A stretch of 64,000 nucleotides of DNA from Leucoraja erinacea (taxonomy: Eukaryota). The stretch lies in NCBI RefSeq assembly GCF_028641065.1, contig NC_073377.1, positions 160,394,001 through 160,458,000 on the forward strand. The letters run 5' to 3'. The notes below the pieces were generated by a model. The model worked only from the letters and a program-made list of their open reading frames with translations, made no database searches and was not told the origin of the DNA. The position numbers were made by a program, and so were the translations under genes. This document shows, in pieces, positions 50,902-62,428 of this stretch (the stretch's first letter is position 1; each line of letters opens with the position of its first letter).

Positions 50902-53626
50902 CAGCAGTCTTTTATGTCTCCATTAGAACCATTTCTGTTGGCTATTCCTTTTTCTCAGTCTAGATTGTGTGGCTTTGCTGGACATGTACCTGCACTCTAG
51001 ATCCACATCAGCAATGTCATATCCAGATACTGTATAACAGCTTGTCTGATCCCACTTGCCATATGACATTTTATCAGAGATATTCCCATTGTTCGATATA
51101 CTTTGGTGCTACCCTGACTATCTTGCTCAAAAAAGACCGCCTAAAGGGGCCTGATCTGAAACATCGCCTTTCCACGTTCTCCCAAAACGCGGCCTAACCC
51201 GTCGAGTTACTCCAGCATGTTGCATTTTTTGCTCAAGATTTCAGCATCTGCAGTTCCCTGTGTCTGCTGTATACTAATTTGATTCTCTCTTTCTCAGATC
51301 TAATGAAGAATCGCTCATTGGAAATGTTCAGCTTTTCTTTCCCCAGATTCTACCAGTCCTGCTTGGTTTTTACACCATTTCCTGTTCTCATGGTCACATT
51401 AGGTTACATATGAGACTAGCCTGCCAAACGGGTCCCACCATCTTATCATTAACACCTTAATGCACAGACCAAAACATTCAACCAGATGATAACTACCACC
51501 AAGACACATTTCCTCTCAACTGACACTCTTTTTTTCACTCATCCCTTCCCATCTTCTTCCGACTGAAAACTAATTTGCCTTTGTTTCGTTTCCAATTTGC
51601 CTTTGATTTGCTCTTTTTAGCGTTGACTGTTTTTATTTCAGGTTTGAGGGATCTGCATTTTTTAAATGTTTGATAGCAAATAAAAGATAGCAGAGGGAGC
51701 TCGGAAAGATGGGCAAGATAGCACTGGGTACTGTTAATGTATATGTGAAAACTGACATAGTGCCTTTGGATGAAGTGACTGAAGGACTGTATGCAAATAA
51801 ACATTTGCCGGCTATGAAGAGAGCCTTGGGGAAACACTAACTTGGTCTTTTTGTATGACTTTGATAAGGAGCTGCTACAGTGAGCTTCTTCACATGCAAT
51901 GTTCAGTATTACACATGAAACCCATTTATACACCGTAGGTTTATTAAGTCCCAAAAGTAATGGATTTGTATTAGTGCTAAAACAACATGCTTAGTGGACT
52001 GATGCATTGTCAAAATTAATTTTTGCATTCTCTGCCACAACCAAATTCCATTGAGCATTTGTATATAGTTTATTTCTATGTGCAAATACCAACTTCTCAG
52101 CTAAACAGTAAATCTGAAGCAAATTACATGCAATACTGTGGATCCCCACACAAATTGCATGCGGAATGGAACTATTTCCATATTTGCAATTTGTATGTAA
52201 CAAACACAGTTACTGGGTTGTGTATGTGTGCTAATTACTAGAGAAAAGCATTCCATGTTAAAAGGCAGGATCTGAAGACTATAGATATACCAAATCCTTT
52301 CTAGTATTATTATTGTTTTGCAATTCTGTTAAGTCCGATTCCACATGCGAATCAACAGATATGGTTAGAATCTTTTTTTCTCTGATATAAATATGAAAAC
52401 AAATCAAAACGCAAATAAAGTCCCCATTATTCTGCAAATATAGATACAAATTCAACATCTATCAGAATATATTTACTCAATATTTATTTGGCCAATATTT
52501 GAAAATAGTGCACAAGCTAAAGAACCTAAAACATATATACCACATATAAGCAGAAACTGAATTGTAACAGCAATGGAAGCTATTCAGCCCATCAGATTCA
52601 TGCTGGCTTCTTGTGGAGCAAGCTAGTCAGTCTCATTCAGCTCCTTCATTACAACTCAAAATATTTTTACTTGGGTGTCTATCCATTTCTCTTTTGAAAG
52701 ATGGTTTCTCTTGCTTTTGCAAGCAATACATTTAAATCATAACTCTTCCCCACGTAAATAAAATTCCCCCCCATCCCCATGAATTTGCCCCCCTTGGTTC
52801 TTGAAGAGAATAATGTTTTTTTTGGCCTCTATTCCCCACATGCTCTTTTATCATTTTTTCTTTAAGAATAAACTAAGCATCTCAAATCTAAAGTAGTTAT
52901 GTCCATGGAAATAATCTAGTAAATCTCATTTGTACCTATTTTCAGGACCTTTTATTCTAAAATGTGATGGACCAGAAGTGGGCACAACAGTTCAGTTGCA
53001 GTATAACTAGTGTTATAAGGGTTGAACAGAGTCTACTTGCTTGTACAACAGTACTCTCAATATAATGTCTCAGATCCTGTATCTTTAGTAAAGACTCCCT
53101 CAATATGCCAAGCAACTTTGTTCCCCTCCTTTTCTGCATAGCCTTTACAGTTGTTCTATTTAGTCCAACGTCTCTTGTTCCAAAATGTATCATTTTATTC
53201 CGCCATTTGTTTGTGCATTCTACCAATCTTTGTATTTTGAGTCTATTTCTATTCTCCCTCGCCATTTGCCATACATTAGGTTTGGTGGTGGAGTCTTGAA
53301 ATTTAAATCTGCACTTCTAAATCCGAGTCATTAATATAGATCAAAAAAGTAGTGGCCCAAGCACTGACCCCAGGTGATTACCATTCTCCAGTCTAAAATA
53401 CCTTCAGTCCAAGAGTCAATTATTTTGATTCCATTGGCAGATCACTTTCCCTCATGAGATAAATAAAGTTCTATTGTATCGTGCCGTTATTCATGCTGAT
53501 GCTAACCCTTTGATTCCACAAGTTTCCATTCTACTTAGCAGCTTTTTATGTAGGGAGCCTAATTTATTTTGATTTCAATCATTTTTCACAATTAAATATC
53601 TCATTGCTGCTTTCGCACACGCTAAC

Positions 53627-53768
53627 CTGAAAAGTTTTCAACCAATCCTGAAGTTCTGGAGGGGGCTGGATGGATGTGATCCGGCGTCGCGGTTGCCCTT
53701 GCCCATTTGCTGCCCTCAGATCACCAAAGGTGGTGGGTGTTGCCGAACATGGAACCAGCCCAGCGGTG
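53627..53768 (-). CDS. FBXW7: FBXW7 exon (STAGLVPCSATPTTFGDLRAANGQGQPRRRITSIQPPPELQDWLKTFQ), 142 nt
   Basis: ggcag|CACCGCT...TTTCAG|gttagc; phases match the neighbouring exons; start of dimerisation domain. Confidence 0.95.
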
Positions 53769-54089
53769 CTGCCGGCAAAAGTAGACCATTAAAGCAAACC
53801 ATGGTTAAAAACAAAGTCATGGATTGCAATGCAAGGGGATGCATAGGATAAATCAGAAGTTATAAAATAACATTGAAGTAGGAGCCATTAATTTAAAACA
53901 AGAATGAGTCTTCAGAATATCTATCCTAATGTATATTGAAAACAATAATTAAACCGACAGCTTTGCAAACATACACACTGTCTACAAAGACAATTGGTCT
54001 ACATCAAACCAGAAATCTTCAGTATGTTATTTCACACCATAAGAGGTGATAGAGATGAAGGAAGCTTTCAGACCAAACTTATTTTATCT

Positions 54090-54470
54090 AAAACACAAAG
54101 CACTGGAGTAACTCGGCGGGTCAGGCAGCAGCAAGGAGAGAACGGATAGGTGACATTTCAGGATGGAGCCCTTCTTCAGACAGAAGGGTCCTGGTTAGCG
54201 GGTGCTTCTTCTTCAGGCTGATTGCAGTAAAAGGGGAGAAAGCTTGGAAAGGAGGTGGGAGTGGGACAAAGCATGGCAAGTGACAGGTGGAGACCCAAGA
54301 ACTGCAGAAATAGTAAAACACTAACACTGGAGTAAGGCAGTAACTGTGCAGGGAATGGATAGGTGACATTTCAGGATGGAGCCTTTCTTCAGACAGAAGG
54401 GTCCCGGATACAGGTGAGAGGGGTTTGACTGGATACAGGGGTGCTGATTGGCAAATGGATGGACCAGGAA
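54090..54470 (-). mobile_element. Penelope-like terminal repeats with tandem hammerhead-like cores
   Basis: ~48-bp direct repeat at 54144-54191 and 54357-54404; minus strand GTCTGAAGAA(G/A)GGCTCCATCCTGAAATGTCACC. Confidence 0.65.
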
Positions 54471-54971
54471 TAACTTGCATTTATGCACTGTCTTTCATTT
54501 TCCCAAGATATCAGAAGGCATCCTAATACCAGTAAGTTTTGTTTAAAATGCTAGAATTGTTAGTATGCAGCAAGTATAACATTCAATTTGCATGCACCAT
54601 GGTTCCCTGCAAAAAAGTGAGATTAACAGCTAATATGTTCATTAGTCGAGGATGCATATTAGCCGGGCCACGAGAAGAACTACTCTGTTTATTGGAGTAC
54701 CACAGGAATTTTAATGCCCACCTACTACTGGAGGCCGGAGGCTAGGTCACAATAAAATGCATTCTTCAAAGCATTGGTACTGGTGATAATATGCAATTCC
54801 CAGCCTTATGCGAGACTGGATTATGAAATATTGGGTATTTGAACACATAATTTTGACTCAGCTGCAGTACCACTCAGTCATAATGGAACATAAAACATGG
54901 TATTATTTGTGCAAATGGTTGGTGTGATTGAGATTGCTTATATATTGGATCATCAAAATGAGGCATGGAAT

Positions 54972-55450
54972 ATAGAAACATAGTAAATGGGTGCAGGAGG
55001 AGGCCATTTGGCCCTTCGAACCATTGTGATCATTGAAATTCATTGTGATCATCCACAATCAGTAACCGTGCCTGCCTTCTCTCCATATCCCTTGATTCCG
55101 CTAGCCCCTGGAGCTCTATTTAACTCTCTTTTAAATTCATCCAGTGAATTGGCCTGTACTGCCTTTTGTGGCAGAGAATTCCACAAATTCACAACTCTCT
55201 GAGTGGAAAGGTTTTTTCTCATCTCAGTTTTTAATGCCCTCCCCTTTATTCTTAGACTGTGGCCCCTGGTTCTGAACTCCCCCAACACCGAGTACATTTT
55301 TCCTGCATCTAGCTTGTCCAGTCCTGTAATAATTTTGTATGTTTCTCTAAGATCCCCTCTCATCCATCTAAATTCCAGTGAATGCAAGCCCAGTCTTTCC
55401 AATGTTTCCTCATATGACAGTGCCGCCATCCCGGCGATTAACCTCATGAA
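54972..55450 (-). mobile_element. CR1 3' fragment
   Basis: ORF 55049..55447. Confidence 0.9.
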
Positions 55451-56925
55451 TATAGTTTTAAACCAAACCTCTAATGGGCTTTAATCTCAGAATATAAATT
55501 ATCTTGTTCCCTTTGCTGCACCCATTCAGAGCTCAACTGGTCAGGGCTACACTCAGTTTAATTACCTGTCTGACTTGCTCATGCCAAAAACGTTTTTTTG
55601 AGAGGGGATGGCGAAGAAACACAAATAAATAGCCCTGTTAAGAGTGGAAGATCTGAAAAATCAGGTCATTGTGGAGGCACCTGTGATCACGCTAAATGCT
55701 CACATTAGCAGCAGCACCAATTTGAAGTGTATGCTGCACAGGACAAGGGGGGAAATAGATTCACAGTCGTACAGCACGGAAACAACTTGTCCATGCCAAC
55801 TAAGATGCCCATCTAAACTAATCCTGTTTGCCTGCATTTGTCTCAAATCTCTTTAAACCGTTCCTATTTTAAGCTGATTCAATGGATATTAAATACCTAT
55901 TCTTTTTAATTATATCCAGTATTTCCAGTGGTGATTAATATTGTCCCTTGAGTCACAACCAATTCAAATGAACTTGGTTTGTTATTTTCAGACAATAACT
56001 GCAATATACCCTTTGATTAAAAAAAAACCCCATTTAAACTTGTGTATTGAAGCAGAATTAAGTGACTGGTATTTCTGAAAGAGGTAACAAACTGTTTTAT
56101 TCATTTATATTAAATCTCTTTAATACCTCAGAACTACATTATAATTCATTAAAATGTTATTATACCGAAGTGTGTGTTCGTGATGACTGAATGTTGCCAC
56201 TATAAGAAATGTTGTCACAGTACAGGAAACATGTTAACAATTAAAATAAAATCTAAAATAATCTTGAAAATTCCAATTTAACTGTTAATAAAGAACAAAT
56301 AAGCTTACACAATTCAAACGAAAAGGGAGGCTTTATGAAGACTCTACATCATTTTATGCAATACATATATCATATATATTTAATCAAAGCTTCACAGTTA
56401 AGTATTTTTAAGAGCTTGACACATGAGAACATGACTGGTTAAAATGTTAACACATTAACAAATTATTTTATTTGCCAATATAATGAAAACATTACTATGG
56501 TTCTGAAAATCAAATGATGGAAACCGCCTCCCGCAAGGCTGGATCTTGTATCTATGGAATAAAATGTGTTGCCATGTCAGTAGCAGTTGGTTGTTAATGG
56601 ATGTGATGATTTCTACCCTGTGGCCTTATACTGCCAGTTTATAATTGGGCAAAAATTAGTCCAATTTTAATGCTTTGGATTTTAGGCCAAGAACCTGTCT
56701 CATCACAGCCTCTCTTTATATGGCAACAAGGATCCTAGACAACATGCAAAAGTCCTGGCATAATACACCAAATGTTTGGGTTATGCAATTAATGTACATT
56801 CCTTTTTTAAACTCACACCTATCAGTATTAGCTGAGGCCAGTTATTTTCATAAACAGGAAACATTGAAGTATGCAGTGTGCAATTCCTGCTCGTAAGCCT
56901 TCATAACAAAGACATCTTAAAATAC

Positions 56926-57008
56926 CTTTTGTAGTCTGAGCCTTTGCAAGGTTTCTTTCCTGAAGAGAAAGACCGGACCTCAGGGCCAGGGTCCAATTTT
57001 CTCTTCAT
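56926..57008 (-). CDS. FBXW7: FBXW7 first common exon (MKRKLDPGPEVRSFSSGKKPCKGSDYK), 83 nt
   Basis: ttgtttcag|ATGAAGAGAAAA...TACAAAAG|gtattt; homologous to human MKRKLDHGSEVRSFSLGKKPCK. Confidence 0.95.
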
Positions 57009-58981
57009 CTGAAACAAGAAATAGAAGAGATTTTTTAAAAAAATATTGAAAACTATTTTTTGACTCATTCAAGCCAATTATGTATGACCACAAATAAACA
57101 ATTACAATAATAAAGAAAGCTGGTACAATGTTATTCCCTTTAAAACCAGATAACAATCATATAACAGTTTAATAATCTTCATCGCGGACTTAGTGCAGGT
57201 CAGGCTGCTCAGCATTGAACATTGAATTTATGATAAAGGTTGTAAATGCTTATCATTTAAACTTTTCAATGTTTTCAAAGTAGATTTGTGCCTTTTACAC
57301 AAATTTATGTTTAAAAGACTGAATCAGAAAGAAATAAAGCAACTGAATGGAATCAATGATGCTCACTGGTATTTTGCAGGGCATGAGAAATTTAGCTTTG
57401 CTTGAGTACCATAGACTTTTAAAAAATCTAATGGAAATATAAAATAAGGCAGTTTTAAATATGCAGTAGTTATTGGTCTGGGAATGATTGTGCATATGCA
57501 ATCTAGGATAGTGGGAACAAATATTTTGGTGCACACCAAGCTTCCACAAGACAACCACAGAATAGTAATTCATTTTTAATCAAAATATTCAGAAAGGCAG
57601 GGTGAATCCTTGTCAACGGGCATCAGGAACTATGTTCTGTTAAATGCTTCACAGTATTTAACATGGGTTACATTTATTGCATGGATCTTTGGCCTTCTAC
57701 ATTTTTTAAAAATTGAATTAGGCAAATTATTCTGAGTAAATGATCACGAAATAGAACTGTGACCTTGCCCGGGAAATAAATTGAAATAGGTGCTATTGTT
57801 GATATTTTTAAAACCAGATTATTCAACCATTGCATGTTTTTGCCTGACCTCAGTTCCAAATCGTGTGGCATAAAGTCGGCACAGTGTGTACAAAATACAG
57901 CAGGGGAATGAGTCATTCAGTCGGCTAAAACACGTAGACACAGGATGATGCCAACCATCCAGTTGCATTTTTTCCCCTGTTAAAATGAATATATCCTGCT
58001 TATTTGGTTGATTCCCCCCCAAGAAACAGGCATCTATACTTCTTTAACCATATACTGGTTTGACTAGTGCAATGGAGAAGAAAATTACTAACTAACATGG
58101 TTTGCGGTTTTTAGTATTAAATTGCATTGGCATATGTCGTGATGGTCCAATCTCAAAATGTGAAAAAGACTGCAACGTAAAGTGTTAGTCATCCATAACT
58201 CTTAATGTGAAAGAATTTAAGATTTGCTACACCTTATTCTAGCCTGCTTTTCTTCCCACACAGTGCAGCAGAAACCCTAACATTGCATAGGACAATTATA
58301 ATCAATGATTTGATCTAATTGGTAATTTATTGCTTGTCTTACACAAGGCAAACCATGATCCCTACATTGCCTAGTATGTTAATTATCACTGCGACTTCGC
58401 CACCTTACATCCAATGACGTGAATATTTGCAGTTATTTGCGAAGCTGCGACAGTTTTTTTTTGGATCTGCTGTAAAGTCACAGGGCGACCAACTATTTAA
58501 ACATATATCAAAGTCACAGAAAATTAGACACTATCTTGACAGTAACCATTTTCGTAAACCTATTCAATGCTAAAATTCACGTTGAAATTAAGATGATGCC
58601 TCTATGATGATTGGGGGGAAAGGGGGGTAGGGTGCAGGGAGAAGGCAACAAATGGTGTTATCATAAACCCCCCCCAAATCAATTCAACCCACTCGTAGGA
58701 TTACAATGGCAAGCCTTATTCCGTTTTAAAAAATAATTGACTGCAGTAGTTGGGTAACAGGTAGTAAGATTTCAATAATGTCTAGTGGACAATTTCCACT
58801 GATTACTGGATAATTCTTACAGGAGACTTCATAGTATTGAAGCGAAGGAGGATAGATGCCTTTGCTTCAATCAACTAACATTTATTTTTGTGCCGGTAAG
58901 TTACTGCCAGTGATTTCCAAAGAACAGAATATAAAAATAGCTGACGGCATTCAGCACAACATTGCATTCGCACCAACTTAC

Positions 58982-59020
58982 TTTAAAAAAGATCATTTTT
59001 AAAGTGCCGTAGAAACCCAT
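58982..59020 (-). CDS. FBXW7: FBXW7 beta-type alternative first coding exon (short N-terminus MGFYGTLKMIFFK)
   Basis: Minus strand reads ACC ATG GGT TTC TAC GGC ACT TTA AAA ATG ATC TTT TTT AAA|GTAAGT. It matches the end of the mammalian beta-specific exon (MGFYGTLKMIFYK, recalled). Phase-0 donor joins the common exon ~2 kb downstream. In-frame stops lie upstream of the ATG. Confidence 0.9.
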
Positions 59021-59033
59021 GGTGAGCGTTGGT

Positions 59034-59114
59034 TCAGATCCTGGAGAGGTCGGCTGATGGTTGCGGATACAGTGCTCCTTCAGGTAGACAGTGCGATGTC
59101 CCCAACATGGACAT
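59034..59114 (-). other. Upstream ORF (MSMLGTSHCLPEGALYPQPSADLSRI*, 26 aa) in the beta 5' leader
   Basis: ATG at 59114-59112, TGA at 59036-59034, 13 nt before the main ATG and in a different frame. Confidence 0.6.
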
Positions 59115-59128
59115 GCTCAGGCACGTCA
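59109..59128. promoter_or_regulatory. p53-family response element in the beta exon
   Basis: GGACATGCTC (perfect RRRCWWGYYY) + AGGCACGTCA (2 mismatches), zero spacer; mammalian FBXW7-beta is a known p53 target. Confidence 0.7.
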
Positions 59129-62100
59129 AAGAATGGGCGAGCTTACACTAACAGCTAGAAGAAAACCGCCGCCTCCACAAGCCAATGCAGTAATTCTCAC
59201 ACGACAAAGCTGTACTTGGGCTTCGGAGGGGGCAAAAAAAACAGAACAAAACAAAAAGGAGGAGGGAGGGGAGAGCTGATGCAGGGGCAAGCTAGCCTTG
59301 TCCAATAAACAGGTTCTGCTGTGCCTTAACAGATGGGTGAAACTGCACTGTGTTCCACCCCCTGCCTTGTAAGAAAGAAATGGCTCAGCCCAGCCAGCAA
59401 CAATGTGAGCTGCACGTCAATTAGATGAACAAAGCCCCAGGGAGCCTGCAAGCTGAGGGCGAGCGAAACGGAAGGAGAAATGCAGCCGGTTTCACATGAT
59501 TAAATTCAACTCATTTTCCTCCCCCCCCCCTCCAACTCATTTCCCTCCCCATTTGCATTCTGCGGGCAAGTGGAATGTGTGGAATTATTGATACATCCCA
59601 GGATTCTGTCTCCGGTGTTCAATGAATCGCATTTACTTTTTTTTATTATTATTGAAAAGGGGACTTTTCTCTCACCATTTACTTTGCGGTCTGTATGTCG
59701 ATGCTGTCTCTCACACACACACACACAGACAGAGACAGACCAAGCCTCTCTCCGGCACCCAACCCTCTTGTCCTTCATCGTGTTTGAATCATTTCACCTG
59801 CCTTTTCTCACAACAAGCATCATGCAGGTGGTATGTGGGCTAGAACTCAGGGGGTTTTTTTCCCCCCCATCTGCCAATGATCATTCATTGCCAGAGCAAT
59901 TGGAGCCGGGTTGGCAGAGGTCGGCCACCTACTTTGGGAGTTAGTTTTGCTTCAAGTGCGCTCTTGGAAACCCCTGAGAGGCAACTCCCAACCTCTGCAG
60001 AAATGAGTGGAATGCCAAGCATGCAGAGGTCACGTTAGTTCTTTGAAGCATCGATGACCCCTTGACGTTAACCTTCTGGCGTGCAATTCCTGATCAACCG
60101 CGCCAAGATTTGAGAATGGTAGGCTGAGATTTTCAGATTTTGAGATTTTCGGAGCCAGACAAGAACCTTTGCAAAACAGGTGTCGACTTGAACCTAAACT
60201 GTTCAAAATCAGTTTCACACCCACTTTCTTACTGCCCTCCAATGAACAGACCAGTGATAGCCCTTATAAAGTGTCAATCACATGCATACTTTTTCATTTT
60301 CCAACATAGGAAACGTGACTGTACATTGACATTGCACAGGGTTGGCCAGAAACGGAATTAGCATAAATAGAAAACTTAACATATTGTACAAAGGTGGTGT
60401 TCAATGAATCTTTAAGAACATATAAGAGATAGCAGCAGAAGTAGACGAATCTATCTGAAGAAGGGTCCCCACCTGTAACAGCATCTATCCATGTTCTCCA
60501 GATACACTGCCTGACCCACTGAACTAATCCAGCACTCTGATAACATAGTTATGCTACCTGACCCGCTGAGTTGCTTCACCATTTTGTGCCTTTTATGTAA
60601 TTGCACATCTGCAGTTCCTTGTGTAATTGAACATCTGCAGTTCCAGAACATCTGCAGACTACAAGTCTGCTCTTTTACTCAATAGGTTTTGGCTGATCCA
60701 ACCTTAGATTCCGCATGAATTTCTCATTCCCTTCCACATCTTCTGACTTTATTAAAAAAATTCACCTTGAATATATCCGATGACTCTTCCCGTCTAGGAT
60801 AGAATTCCAATAATTCATGACTATGTGAAATTCCTCATTATTGTCTTAAATAGGCTTTCCCTTGTAAGTTCTAGACTGCCCTATCACAGTCCTCTCAGCA
60901 TTCACTCCATCAATCCCCTTCATAATCTTATCTATTTCAATTAGGTAATTCTCATTCATTTAAAATTCAACGTCCACACTGCTCAATCCTTCTTCATACG
61001 TCAGCCTTTTCCTCCAGGTGAACCTCCCAATAGCACTTCCAAGTACAGTATACCATTCCTTAAAATTTGAGACAAAAACTGGACCCAGTACTCCAGGTAT
61101 GGTCTCACCAGCACTCTATAAACTTGCATCATCAGTACAAAGTATTAATTTCAGATGGTTGTTAAGAGTAAATCGTGCTGGAGTCACACTTGCACCAAAC
61201 TGGGGAAGGAGGGCTTATTGTCTTTCCTTATTTTCTATAGTTTCAGGGTTACCATTATTGATAGCAGCGTTTTATTCCACATATGTAATTATTTGGATTT
61301 AAACATCTCAGTTGTGATGATGGGATTTGAACTCTTATTTCTGGGAACATAGTACTGGCCACTGCATTGTCATCCATCTTACCACAATGCTTGTGTACCC
61401 GATGGCACATATGTACACAAGCATTAGCGAGAAAGATTTAAACCCTCAAGTTAGTGGAGACTTTCTAAGTGAAGAAGAACCTGAAGGCTAGATGTCCAGT
61501 TTTGGCTGGCATGTACGTATTGAGCTGATTGGGGGGTTCCTCGACGTGAAACATTTCTATAAACCTAACAGAGTTACTCCAGCATTTTGTGTCTACCTTC
61601 AATGTAAATAGACAAGGTTGAAATACATAAGTTATAGGAATTGGAGGCATCTGGTGTCGGGGGAAGAGTGGGATAGAGGATGTGGGTACAGGACTGGAGG
61701 TAGTTGCACAGAGAAGGAATACTGAATGGCAAGGCTTCAGGGAAATTAAGGACAACGATTGCTAATACGTGCATATCACTGAATTTCCTCTCCGGAGAAG
61801 AAGATGATCTATGAAGGAATACACGCTATCCATTCACCAAAGATGTGTCCAAAACCTATTTGGTGGCCACAGAAACACCTACATTTTGACTGTGATCCAA
61901 CAAGATGAAGTGGGAAATGTTACCATTTATACCATTGCAAAATATATTATCAGAAAACACAATCAAAATTGTGTCTAGGGTGAGGTTTGTGGACAGAGAA
62001 GATCCACTATGAAAACTTTAAACACTGATAGCCCACTTAGTGCTCACCAAAGAGCACTTGCAAGGGATAAGCACAGCACTCTGTACTAAGCTCTTAATCT

Positions 62101-62214
62101 CTTATTATCTAGCTCATTATTAAGCTCTGAACTACATAGAGTATTATTGTTATTATTACACTATTACACTGTTTGTATTTTATGTGTACATATGTGTGCG
62201 TGTATATGTGAATA

Positions 62215-62428
62215 GACAGTAGGTGCAGGAGTAGGCACTTCGAGCCAGCACCACCATTCAATGTGATCATGCTGATCATCCACAATCAGTACACCTTTCC
62301 TCCATTCTCCCCATATCCCCTGATTCCTCTATCTTTAAGAGCCCTATCAAGCTCTCTCTTGAAAGTATCCAGCGAACCGGCCTCCACTACCCTCTGAGGC
62401 AGAGAATTCCACAGACTCACAACTCTGT
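62215..62428 (-). mobile_element. CR1 3' end nested in a Rex1-type 3' UTR remnant
   Basis: AGGTGCAGGAGTAGG...GAATTCCACAGACTCACAACTCT, shared with the other CR1 ends. Confidence 0.75.

Noticed and set aside
51535-51954. 139-aa minus-strand ORF inside an FBXW7 intron
   Set aside because: No recognisable homology; the FBXW7 frame is complete without it
59285-59303. Second p53-like site GGGCAAGCTAGCCTTGTCC
   Set aside because: Half-sites overlap by one base and each has a mismatch; too weak to call
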